A stretch of DNA of 64,000 bases from a virus (lineage: Duplodnaviria > Caudoviricetes): positions 1 through 64,000 of IMG/VR virus record IMGVR_UViG_3300025154_000056. One strand, 5' to 3'. The notes under the pieces were generated by a model, which did not search any database, was not told the origin of the DNA, and was given only the letters and a program-made list of their open reading frames with translations. Of this stretch, positions 55,223 to 64,000 are shown piece by piece. Within the stretch, counting starts at the first letter, position 1; every line of letters starts with the position of its first letter. The position numbers were made by a program, and so were the translations under genes.

Positions 55223-56595
55223 TGGGACGCCCTATCAGAGTATACAATGATGTCTATCAGCCCAGGCTATTCCTGGATGCTGGTAGCGACAAAGTGGATA
55301 AGGACCTAGCTGCGGCCCTAGAGTCTGCTGTGTATCAATTTGAGTACCTGGAAGGTGATAGCAAAATAGCTGAGGCTAAATTCAGTATCGAGAATAAAGC
55401 CATGAGGTTCTTGGAGGGTGAGTTCGCGGACAAGTTGTCGCAGGCTGGGCTTGTGTTCAACTTCCGGTTCGGCTACCCAGGTAGACTCACTCCTATTCGA
55501 CGAGCTGTATTGACTAAAGCAAAACCTTCTTTCCCACAACAGGGCATGCCCACACTTGAGCTAGTGGCTTACGACCCCAGAGTCACCATGCAGTTGGCTA
55601 CTCCTAAGACGTGGGGCAAGGTGTCCTCAAGTGAGGTAGCAGTCAAGCTAGCAGAGGAGTGGGGCCTTCTTACGGAGGTTGAGGATTCTGGGGATAGGGG
55701 GGAAGACTCAAAGGTACAGCCCGCGAGTCTTTCTGACATAGAGTACCTGCGTAAGCTGGCTGTGGGTATCGGGTTCGAGTGCTATGTAGAAGACGGTGTT
55801 TTGCATTTTCATTCACCTAGACTAGATGCTGTACCTAGTTTTGATTTTGACTACTTCTCTGATGCCAGATCTACAGTGCTGACATTCGACCCACAGGTGA
55901 AGATGGGCCCACCCTCTACTAACATAGCGAGTGCTAAACCAAAAGATGGCACCGCTAATGAAGCTGCGGCGGTTAGGAGGGAGATTAGACTTCACGCTGT
56001 GCACGTGGAGCGAGGGGCTATTTACGGTGGGGCGGCTGAGGCTAGGAAATCAGAACGTATGAATTCTGATCCAACTGTGGATGAGAATACCGCTAAGAAA
56101 AAGGCGGCGGCTGTTCGTCTGAAGCTAGACATGAAGGCCATTGAGGCCAGTGCGACTGTGATTGGGGAACCTGGGCTTAGGGCGTACACTACGATCAACA
56201 TCTTTGGTGTAGGTACGTACTCTGGTAGGTGGTATGTCAAAGAAGTGCGCCATGTGATCAAAGCAAAAGGAAATGACATATACGTGTGTCATCTGTCACT
56301 CACGCGCACCAACCTATTGGCTGTGAAGAAGCAAAAAGAAGACGAGAAAAAGAAGAAGGATGCTGAGGCTGAGGCCAGGGCTAAGGGTGAGGCTGTGAAT
56401 TTAGTCAAGGTGAATACACCTACTGGTAGTGTGTACGTCAACAGACCAGGCGTGTCGTCTATGTCGGTTGGTACGGCCACACCTGTTACAGCCACGAACT
56501 ACAGCACAGGTGATCCTGGCGTACCACCAGGCACTGTATCGACTGTGATACCGATCATGTCCAGCGAGTACACCGTACCAAAGTCAGGGTTGTGA
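55219..56595 (+). CDS. baseplate hub (late control D / gp27-like)
   Basis: SDIEYLRKLA..IGFECYVEDGVLHF; GVGTYSGRWYVKEVRH. Confidence 0.85.
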   Translation: MMGRPIRVYNDVYQPRLFLDAGSDKVDKDLAAALESAVYQFEYLEGDSKIAEAKFSIENKAMRFLEGEFADKLSQAGLVFNFRFGYPGRLTPIRRAVLTKAKPSFPQQGMPTLELVAYDPRVTMQLATPKTWGKVSSSEVAVKLAEEWGLLTEVEDSGDRGEDSKVQPASLSDIEYLRKLAVGIGFECYVEDGVLHFHSPRLDAVPSFDFDYFSDARSTVLTFDPQVKMGPPSTNIASAKPKDGTANEAAAVRREIRLHAVHVERGAIYGGAAEARKSERMNSDPTVDENTAKKKAAAVRLKLDMKAIEASATVIGEPGLRAYTTINIFGVGTYSGRWYVKEVRHVIKAKGNDIYVCHLSLTRTNLLAVKKQKEDEKKKKDAEAEARAKGEAVNLVKVNTPTGSVYVNRPGVSSMSVGTATPVTATNYSTGDPGVPPGTVSTVIPIMSSEYTVPKSGL

Positions 56596-57185
56596 TGCCT
56601 TACTACGGCAAATACAAAGCGTTCGTTAGAGACAATGACGACCCAACTAGTAGGGGTCGTCTTCGTCTTTATTGCCCCCAGGTGATGGGAATGTCCGACA
56701 ACCCAGATCAGTGGCTACCGTGGGCTGAGCCCATGTTCCCTTGGATGGGCGGACTATCTACAATTGATTTTGGTGTACCACCGACACCAAATCAAACAGA
56801 TAGTAAACGAGACGAGTATGTCGTGTGGGTAGAGTTCGAGGCGGGTGATCCAGCCTACCCTCTATGGGTAGGTGTGACTCCTATTGCTCCGACCACAGCG
56901 GCTGAGACCACTCAGATGAAACCTGAGGATGCAGTAGGTAGGCACGGCGGTACGCTAATCGATGACCCACCAACTGGTGCTTTGGTAGGCCCACTGAACG
57001 AGCCAGCCCCTCTGGTTCCAGAAAGAGAGACTCGAATTCTTGCGAAGAAGGGGCGTGATATCATCATCGGGTCAAAGGGCGGTGGGTATCTCCTGCTAGG
57101 GCCCAGCGGAGCACATCTAGTAGGTGTCTTCGTAACTGTGAACGGCAAGATAATTGAGGCTGACCCCTCCCAACCAGTGGGATAG
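56592..57185 (+). CDS. baseplate spike, gpV/gp5 OB-fold
   Basis: YYGKYKAFVRDNDDP..RGRLR, VWVEFEAGDPAYPLW. Confidence 0.85.
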   Translation: MMPYYGKYKAFVRDNDDPTSRGRLRLYCPQVMGMSDNPDQWLPWAEPMFPWMGGLSTIDFGVPPTPNQTDSKRDEYVVWVEFEAGDPAYPLWVGVTPIAPTTAAETTQMKPEDAVGRHGGTLIDDPPTGALVGPLNEPAPLVPERETRILAKKGRDIIIGSKGGGYLLLGPSGAHLVGVFVTVNGKIIEADPSQPVG

Positions 57186-57187
57186 AC

Positions 57188-58984
57188 ATGGCGCGAAACA
57201 TCTGCATGGGTCCGTGTGATCTTAGCGTCTCTACATATAAGAGCTTTACGTTTCCTGTTCCAGGATTCCCTCCAGGTTACGGAGTGAAGGCACCAGCGTC
57301 GATGTCGTTTGAGGCTGACTGTGAAGGCTGTAGCCTCAGTGCGAACTTCCTCCTAATGATTCAGCCTCTAATGCTGAGCCTGGGCCTGCCCCTGTGTTTG
57401 CTTACCTGCCTCCTCGCTATGGTAGGCGTGGCACAGAAGCTAGTGGGTCAGGATGGGGCGCACGCTGTACTCAACGCTGACCCGACGCTGAAGATCACCC
57501 TGGACCCGAGTCTGCAGATACCTTTCTTCAATTTCGAGGCCATTGCTAAGGACTATACAGACGACCCGTCCTTGATCAAGCGCATCGTCAAGGTCCTGGT
57601 AGATTGTGCATGTCTATTTGACCTGCTTCTTCCATTCAAGTGGATCTGCATGATCAAAGCGTTGGTTATGGTGGTAATTGCTCTAGTCAATTGTGTCATC
57701 AGCTTACTCAACCACCTGATTACGCTGGAGCTGCGACTGTCTTTGATGCTGTCTGACCCAGACATTAGCATCCAAAAGTCTGCAGTGTGTTTGGCAGGAT
57801 TCATTCAAGTAGAGACTTCCAATTTGGCAGTCAAGCTGGACGTCATCACGCAGCTATTCAAGCTAGTGGACTTGGTGTTCAAGATTCTGACTCCCTTAGG
57901 CGTCCCTACACCCCCGGGTCTGGCTGACGTGCAGATAGCAATAGATGCCATCGTCAATATGATTGGTAACAACCCAGTCACCGCCACACTACTGACTGCG
58001 TTGCAGCAACTCAAAGGCGCATTAGAGGTTCTCTATTGTGCCTTGAATGCTATGTCGTTTGGGCTATGCCCAATGGAGTTGGATTGTAGTGCTTGTGGTG
58101 CGGCTAACACCTCTGGCTTCCAAGCGTCGTGGGATGGGGCATTCCCTGTGGCGTTTGCGGACGGAGAGTTCTTCGAGGCTGAGGTAGATGGAGCCCCTGT
58201 AGGTACCGTTACCATCCTAGGGCAGAGGGCTACAGCAATCGGTGCTGGTGCGACGTACGTCATCCCGCCCACCTCAGTGACCGTGGGTCTGCAGCCAGCA
58301 GGCAATACATTTGAGGTTGATTCGGTAGTGGGCTGGTCCGTGGGTGATGCTGTTGTGGTGAAGGACGGCGTCTATGTCCTGCGCACCACCATTGCATCTA
58401 CCTCCCTGTTGCCTGATACCATCGAGCTGAATGCGGTTACTACGCAAGCGCTGTCCAATGGGGCACAGTTTATCAAACCAGCCAGGCTATACATCGACAT
58501 CAGCACTCCTAGCGGAACCAATACGTACAGCACTACGTTTGACGTTGAGAGTAATCAGGTCGAGTTCATCAACGCAATCAACAGCAACCTAATTGGTGCT
58601 GTGGCTCAGGCAGAGGGGGCAGAGATTCGCATTTCTACAGAAGGGTACGGCTCTGCCTACGCTGGGCTAGTGCATGGTACGGCTAACCCTGTACCGTCTA
58701 GTGCTAATGCTACCATGGCTATTGGATACTTCGGGGCAGGAGACTTCACGCTGATAAACCCAGGCCCCAATACTGTAGCAGATCTGAACTCTGTGCTGTC
58801 GTCAGAAATAAAGGCGTTGTTTGACGCAGCTTTCCCAGGGTCTACTGTTACAGATAACACTAGCAGCATTGTGTGGGCCTCGGATTCGACTGGGTCAGGA
58901 TCCTGTGTCCGTATGGTGACTGGCTCTACTGGTACAAATAAGATTGGTTTTGATTGGGCCTCACATTGTGGCACCCAATGCTAA
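57188..58984 (+). CDS. baseplate-region protein: hydrophobic Cys-rich N-terminus plus domain shared with the sheath insertion
   Basis: long hydrophobic helices; C-terminal segments align by eye with sheath residues encoded at about 47770-48430. Confidence 0.7.
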   Translation: MARNICMGPCDLSVSTYKSFTFPVPGFPPGYGVKAPASMSFEADCEGCSLSANFLLMIQPLMLSLGLPLCLLTCLLAMVGVAQKLVGQDGAHAVLNADPTLKITLDPSLQIPFFNFEAIAKDYTDDPSLIKRIVKVLVDCACLFDLLLPFKWICMIKALVMVVIALVNCVISLLNHLITLELRLSLMLSDPDISIQKSAVCLAGFIQVETSNLAVKLDVITQLFKLVDLVFKILTPLGVPTPPGLADVQIAIDAIVNMIGNNPVTATLLTALQQLKGALEVLYCALNAMSFGLCPMELDCSACGAANTSGFQASWDGAFPVAFADGEFFEAEVDGAPVGTVTILGQRATAIGAGATYVIPPTSVTVGLQPAGNTFEVDSVVGWSVGDAVVVKDGVYVLRTTIASTSLLPDTIELNAVTTQALSNGAQFIKPARLYIDISTPSGTNTYSTTFDVESNQVEFINAINSNLIGAVAQAEGAEIRISTEGYGSAYAGLVHGTANPVPSSANATMAIGYFGAGDFTLINPGPNTVADLNSVLSSEIKALFDAAFPGSTVTDNTSSIVWASDSTGSGSCVRMVTGSTGTNKIGFDWASHCGTQC

Positions 58985-58993
58985 GGAGGCGGA

Positions 58994-59419
58994 ATGGCTA
59001 CTTCAATGTTTGGTCGTGGCCCAGCGTACCCGTTCCGAAAGGATCTAACTGGAGCCCGAGCTTTGGTGGTGAGTGAAGAGGAGAATGTACTCTCTTGTAT
59101 TCGTCACATCATCAAGACTCCCATGTACTCTCGTCCGTTCACTGCAAAGAACGGGGTGCTATTTGGTACTAGAATCCAGAGAGCCTTGTTCGAGCCAGAA
59201 GAGACAGCAGAATCTATTGCTGTGTATGACGTGACTAACGCTCTTGCTGTATGGGAGCCCAGGATCATCGTCACCAGCGTGACCGCTGGGTGGGCCAACT
59301 CTGGCATCAAGAACAGGCGTGCTTTGGTAGTCACAGTCTTTTTTGTATTCAGAAAGACAAATAGACCTGACAATCTTGTGGTCCCTTTCTATCAGGGATC
59401 CGGTAGGGAGGCTGCGTAA
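58994..59419 (+). CDS. baseplate wedge protein (gpW/gp25 family)
   Basis: GPAYPF, FGTRIQRALFEP, WEPRI. Confidence 0.88.
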   Translation: MATSMFGRGPAYPFRKDLTGARALVVSEEENVLSCIRHIIKTPMYSRPFTAKNGVLFGTRIQRALFEPEETAESIAVYDVTNALAVWEPRIIVTSVTAGWANSGIKNRRALVVTVFFVFRKTNRPDNLVVPFYQGSGREAA

Positions 59420-61581
59420 TGGCTGCTGGCGATTCCAATTCACCTGTCTTCGACTTCACTACTGCAGACTACCCATCCTGCTACGCAGACCTGGAGAGGT
59501 TTGCTATATCCAGGTTCCCTACTGAGCTGTGGACTGACTTCAACGCATCGAACACTGGGACGTACCACCTAGAATTGATGTCGTATGTATTCGACCTCGG
59601 TACTTATCAACGAAACGCTAGCGTATTGGAATCTGTACCCATCCTCATTCGGAGGGAGCAGAACTTCCGTAATGCGACCAAGACGTTCGACTTCAAGATG
59701 TCTAGTGCTGCACCTGCAGTTACTAAATTGATGTTCTACAATCTGCCCGCAGGCCATGTGTTCACCTCTCACACCCACATCCAAGTTGCAGATAGCAACG
59801 GGTACGTATTCCAACCTACTGAAGAGAAGTACGTGGACACGGACCTACTTGTTGTCGACCCGACGTACGGTAGGTACTATGAGGTGACAGCTGAGCAAGG
59901 AGCTGAGTACTTCCAATCTGCTACAGGTAACGGCTCCGCTAAGCAGGAGATCCAGCTGACTCAGTTGTGGGTAATAGACGGGAGCATTTTGGTTACCGTA
60001 AACGGAACCACCTACACTGAGGTCACCAACATCATCGAAGCAGGGCCCACCCAGCCTGTGTACATCTGGGAATCAGACGACCAAGGAAATACCACCATCA
60101 TCTTTGGGGATGGGACTAACGGTAGCGTTCCTAATATCGGTGCTGATATTCAGATACGGTACAAAGTCGGTGGAGGTATCGAGACCAACGTACCCACTGG
60201 CGCGATAACCAGTATCTATGGTTCCAGCTACCCTACGGTTTACCCGCTTCCTACCGCATTGCAGGATGCCTCTGTTCGTAATTCTGAGGCTGCGGTTGAC
60301 GGTGGCCCAAGGCAAACATTGGCGCAAGCTAAGGCCATACTACCTGGCAGCATTAGAGCTAATCACAGGTGCGTCAATTTGTTGGACTACCCTCCGGTAG
60401 CGAAGGAGCTGGTACCTAATATACTGCATTGTATTGCACTTGACGGTAAGGCAATCGGCGGTACCGTCCCGGTACTGTTGTTCGTTGTCCCGCAAGGTGG
60501 TGGCGCCGTTACGTCTGCGCTGCGCAACGTGATTGTGAACGCGCTATCCCCGTACAAGATGAGTAGTAAGCGCGTGTACGTTCGAGATGGGTACTATGTC
60601 TATCTAGACATCGTTGTGGACGCGTACTGCAAGGACTCTGCTCTGGCTGCTGAGGTCAAGAGCCGCGTGTCCTCGGTACTGGCTAGCGCATATAGTCTAT
60701 CTTCTATGGCGTTTGGCAGTCTACTGGATCTGCAGGCTGCATACGACAGACTGTCCCCCAGCTTGGTGGCTGGTCTGCGACGTGTGTACTTTGAGAAGTT
60801 TTCAATTGTACCAACAGCTGGTACCCACATCAACACAACAAATACTGGTGATGGTACGATCGGTAATATCGTGATCGATGAAGAGGAAGTTCTTCGGCGC
60901 GAGTGGCTGGTTCGAATAGGGCCCACGCCCACGCAATACACAGTACTTGAAAGACAGATTGGTAATATCTCTTATCTCACTGATTCAACGGTCACCGACG
61001 AGGCGGCAAGCTATGACTCAAATGAACTGGCCGGGTGGGCGTTTCATCCCGTTCCTGAAATCCAACCTGATACTCGCATTATCACCGACAATACAGCGAC
61101 GTCTTTTACGACTGTTGGTGGGAACTTCGTTCTGGCTACTCCAGGCGACCCGTACGTTGTCGAACGTACCGCTGGTACGGGGAAAGCCATACTCTCTACT
61201 TCGACAGCTGTCGCAGTGGTTGGTGCAAGTACGATCACAGTTGATTCTACAGTTGGTTGGGTTGCTGGGGATCGAGTCATACTGACGTCCGGTTCATACA
61301 CGCTGACCACCACTGTGCAGTCTATTGGGGCCGGTACTGTCGTTCTCAATGCTGTAGTTACGGAGCTGTGCCCTGTTGGAACCACCCTTCACTACATGTG
61401 GCAGGACTCAAATGCAACTGTGTCTTTTGCTGTGGCTCCTGGACCTACGGCGTTTGCCACCAACGATGAGTTGTACGTAGACACGTTCAGGAAATCGGCA
61501 GACATCCAAGTCAGAGGAGAGCAATTCATCCGGTACAGTGTCAGCAACATCGTGGTCAACACAATCGGTGGGGTGAAGTAA
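59419..61581 (+). CDS. baseplate J/gp47-like wedge protein
   Basis: WTDFNASNTG..HLEL, IIFGDGTNGSVP, YKVGGG, RCVNLLDY. Confidence 0.88.
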   Translation: MAAGDSNSPVFDFTTADYPSCYADLERFAISRFPTELWTDFNASNTGTYHLELMSYVFDLGTYQRNASVLESVPILIRREQNFRNATKTFDFKMSSAAPAVTKLMFYNLPAGHVFTSHTHIQVADSNGYVFQPTEEKYVDTDLLVVDPTYGRYYEVTAEQGAEYFQSATGNGSAKQEIQLTQLWVIDGSILVTVNGTTYTEVTNIIEAGPTQPVYIWESDDQGNTTIIFGDGTNGSVPNIGADIQIRYKVGGGIETNVPTGAITSIYGSSYPTVYPLPTALQDASVRNSEAAVDGGPRQTLAQAKAILPGSIRANHRCVNLLDYPPVAKELVPNILHCIALDGKAIGGTVPVLLFVVPQGGGAVTSALRNVIVNALSPYKMSSKRVYVRDGYYVYLDIVVDAYCKDSALAAEVKSRVSSVLASAYSLSSMAFGSLLDLQAAYDRLSPSLVAGLRRVYFEKFSIVPTAGTHINTTNTGDGTIGNIVIDEEEVLRREWLVRIGPTPTQYTVLERQIGNISYLTDSTVTDEAASYDSNELAGWAFHPVPEIQPDTRIITDNTATSFTTVGGNFVLATPGDPYVVERTAGTGKAILSTSTAVAVVGASTITVDSTVGWVAGDRVILTSGSYTLTTTVQSIGAGTVVLNAVVTELCPVGTTLHYMWQDSNATVSFAVAPGPTAFATNDELYVDTFRKSADIQVRGEQFIRYSVSNIVVNTIGGVK

Positions 61582-64000
61582 TGGCTGGCGGCTATGGTGG
61601 CGGTGGGTGGGGAGTGCTCCCTTGGGGCGCTCCTATAGTCCTCACGTTCAATTTGACTGGTGCTTCTGCGGGTACTGTGACCCAAGTAGACTTGACGTTC
61701 GATGCTATGGTCATGCCAGACCTCACTGCGCTGAGCCCTGGTTCTTACGCCATAAATAAGAGCATCGTAGTTCTAGGTGTAGTGTTCGTTGGGCCTAATG
61801 TAGTGAGGCTGTACACGTCTCCTATGACGAGTGGTGTGGAGTACACAGCCACGGTATCTATGACTGTCCAGAGCCTGTTGGGTGGTGCTCTGATCATCAA
61901 TGAGTCCAACTTTATTGCACCAGCCACCACGGCTGCGTACACGGTCAGTGACCTGGCGGGCTCATCTCTGTGTCAGGGCAATTCAACCAGACTCAATTGG
62001 ACAAACCCATCTGGCGCAACATGGAACAAGATCGTCCGCAGGGTCAGGGCATGGCCCTTTGATTTGACGGACGACCACGTTGTTGTTTACAGCGGCTTGC
62101 CCATAGAGGAGTTTATTGATACAGGTGTAATGCATCCAGTGACTCATCTAGCTGCTGACGCCACAGTTGGGGCCACAGCGATCACCGTTGTGGACGATTC
62201 GGACATCGCTCCAGGTATGCTACTGAAGCTGGAACAGTTCACAGAGCTGAGGCAGACCGAGATAGTGACTGTGGGCTCGCTAGGTGGTGGGGGCGTGGTA
62301 AACCTCACGACTGCTCTTCAGCACAGCTGGGTCACCGGAGATAGGGCTGCACAGAAGTCCCTGCTCACCGACACTACGTACTACTATTACCTAGTATTGG
62401 TTTCGGACTTGCCCCCACCAGTCTCTGATGACACGTACTACATCACGGAGGATACCCGGACGTACGCTTTGAGTATTGCCACGTTTGATTCGTTGCAGTG
62501 GCTCAGGGATCACGCCCCAGGTAACTACCTAGACGATGACGCGCTGCCAACCGAAGAGGGTGGTGGGGATGGCTTCCTAGGAGATTGGCTGGAGATCTAC
62601 GCGTGTTGGTTGAACCTCATTCGTGGAGAGAATCTCGCCCTGCTCACTATGGCGGACGACAATAACGCGCCCTATCATATGCTTGAACCCAAGTCGTTGT
62701 CCTTAGGTCACGTTCCTGAGGGCGATAGCTATGACTTCGACATTATGAGGCGCTCTATTCTAGCGCTGACTTATGTGTATCAGCGTCGAGGCACATGCCC
62801 AGGTTCCATTGTAGCTTTGCGCATGCTTACGAAGTGGGACTCGTCTTGCCTCAGTCTTGGGTACAGCGAATGCCACACAGGGCCCTCTACCCTGCAGACT
62901 TGGGACGATATATCTGAAGTGGAATACGGCACAGGCCCGCAGTCGGGCCCTAACATCGCACAGAGTACTCCAGATAACACGTTTCAAGACACGACCAAGA
63001 CATGGGATGATTCGCTGTGGTTGAACGGCGAGCTGTACTCAAACCTAGGCTTTATTTCCTGCGTCGATGATAACGTAAACAACGTTGTTCAATTGAGGGA
63101 TAGACCGCAGGAAGCTACCACCACTACTGTGCTGGCTATTGGTAACAATGTGGTGCAGGTGAGCGACCTATCCATATTCCAGGTTGGTATGTTCATTCAG
63201 CTGACTCTAGCGGATGGTTCGGCTGCAGAGGTGCATCAAATCAATTCTATTGTCCTACCGGACCAGCTACTGTTCGAAGAGAATGCAACGGTCGGTATGC
63301 CCATAGGATCTGTGGTGTCTGTGGCAATCAGTAACCACGAATATGAGCGACTCCTTCCTGGTGTCGGGGCGGGCAACGTTATTTCCAACGTAGCTTGGGA
63401 CTTCGTACCTAATCAATGGGTTGGGTTCCAGGTCATGGACATGAACGACGTCGAGCACTCTGTCGTGTCGAATGACGAGACCTCTATTACAGTGGACGGC
63501 GCAGCTCTACCGATCGGTGCTACTACGGTGTCTATGGCGTACGACTTCAATGGAGCCACTTGGGTAGCTCGTGATCCCATCATCCGGTACAGACTTAGCA
63601 CTGGGGGCTCGTCTACTCTGTTTGATCCCATGATGGATTACACCCTACGAGGAACTAAATACGATCCGTTCGATTATCTGTACGTGGGCCCAGGTATCAA
63701 TCTGCTAGGTTCTTGGGGCCCTGCAGATGTTGGGTTCTACGTCGAAGGTGACATCCCTGAGCACATTGGCAGGGCGCAAAGCGCAGTAGGTAATGTATTC
63801 ACACTAGACCCCAGCAGGCCCGCACCAGCTGTAAATGAATACGTTGGGATGTTCCTGAACCCGAACCAAAACCAAGACAACCTATTCGAGGTAGTGGCGA
63901 ATGATGCTACAACCGTAACAGTTGCTGGTGATTGCAGCCCACTGGTAGTAGCTGGGCAGTACTACTTCATTCTCAAGGTGCGGGACGCGCGTAGGTACCA
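61581..64000 (+). CDS. baseplate wedge / tail protein I-like protein with Ig/FN3-like N-terminus (partial; absent from ORF track)
   Basis: ATG overlaps upstream TAA; MAGGYGGGGWGVLPWG...; later segment RRSILALTYVYQRRGT resembles gpI-type motif; appears to run off the window end. Confidence 0.75.
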   Translation, partial: MAGGYGGGGWGVLPWGAPIVLTFNLTGASAGTVTQVDLTFDAMVMPDLTALSPGSYAINKSIVVLGVVFVGPNVVRLYTSPMTSGVEYTATVSMTVQSLLGGALIINESNFIAPATTAAYTVSDLAGSSLCQGNSTRLNWTNPSGATWNKIVRRVRAWPFDLTDDHVVVYSGLPIEEFIDTGVMHPVTHLAADATVGATAITVVDDSDIAPGMLLKLEQFTELRQTEIVTVGSLGGGGVVNLTTALQHSWVTGDRAAQKSLLTDTTYYYYLVLVSDLPPPVSDDTYYITEDTRTYALSIATFDSLQWLRDHAPGNYLDDDALPTEEGGGDGFLGDWLEIYACWLNLIRGENLALLTMADDNNAPYHMLEPKSLSLGHVPEGDSYDFDIMRRSILALTYVYQRRGTCPGSIVALRMLTKWDSSCLSLGYSECHTGPSTLQTWDDISEVEYGTGPQSGPNIAQSTPDNTFQDTTKTWDDSLWLNGELYSNLGFISCVDDNVNNVVQLRDRPQEATTTTVLAIGNNVVQVSDLSIFQVGMFIQLTLADGSAAEVHQINSIVLPDQLLFEENATVGMPIGSVVSVAISNHEYERLLPGVGAGNVISNVAWDFVPNQWVGFQVMDMNDVEHSVVSNDETSITVDGAALPIGATTVSMAYDFNGATWVARDPIIRYRLSTGGSSTLFDPMMDYTLRGTKYDPFDYLYVGPGINLLGSWGPADVGFYVEGDIPEHIGRAQSAVGNVFTLDPSRPAPAVNEYVGMFLNPNQNQDNLFEVVANDATTVTVAGDCSPLVVAGQYYFILKVRDARRY

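Noticed and set aside
47425-61581. Extracellular contractile injection system or tailocin
   Set aside because: Tube and baseplate genes are CIS-like, but terminase, portal, scaffold and capsid genes in the same orientation show a complete phage.
1-64000. Alternative genetic code, integrase/prophage boundaries, or diversity-generating retroelement
   Set aside because: Genes tile well under the standard code using all three stops; no integrase, host genes, reverse transcriptase or template/variable repeat pair was seen in this window.

Overview
This window is a 64 kb segment of a large lytic tailed phage genome with a contractile tail. Essentially all real genes are on the + strand; the - strand ORFs look like shadows. 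Layout: (1) 1-12 kb is an early region of small, often CxxC-rich hypothetical genes. These are driven by about 9 near-repeated sigma70-type promoter plus CA-rich leader cassettes, and the region ends in a repeat/operator-rich non-coding zone (8.9-10.5 kb and 11.9-12.2 kb) that may hold a genome end or pac site. (2) 12-25 kb holds small middle genes (PolA-fingers fragment, wHTH, lipoprotein, ThyX-like protein, DHH phosphoesterase) and an ori-like inverted repeat. (3) 25.5-27.6 kb is a 7-deazaguanine locus: an unannotated 53-aa repeat peptide ending in GGGGGSGGG, a divergent QueC paralogue, canonical QueC and QueF. (4) 27.6-64 kb is morphogenesis: intein-containing terminase large subunit, histone-H1-like basic protein, accessory virion proteins with a high-GC LamG/SGNH insert, portal with a large insertion, scaffold, N4-gp56-type capsid, neck, sheath, tube, frameshifting chaperone, tape measure and baseplate. 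The best candidates for undescribed biology are the peptide plus QueC-paralogue pair and an inverted (antisense) copy of the shared early-gene leader next to a long hairpin. All calls come from motif recognition by eye; no searches were run.
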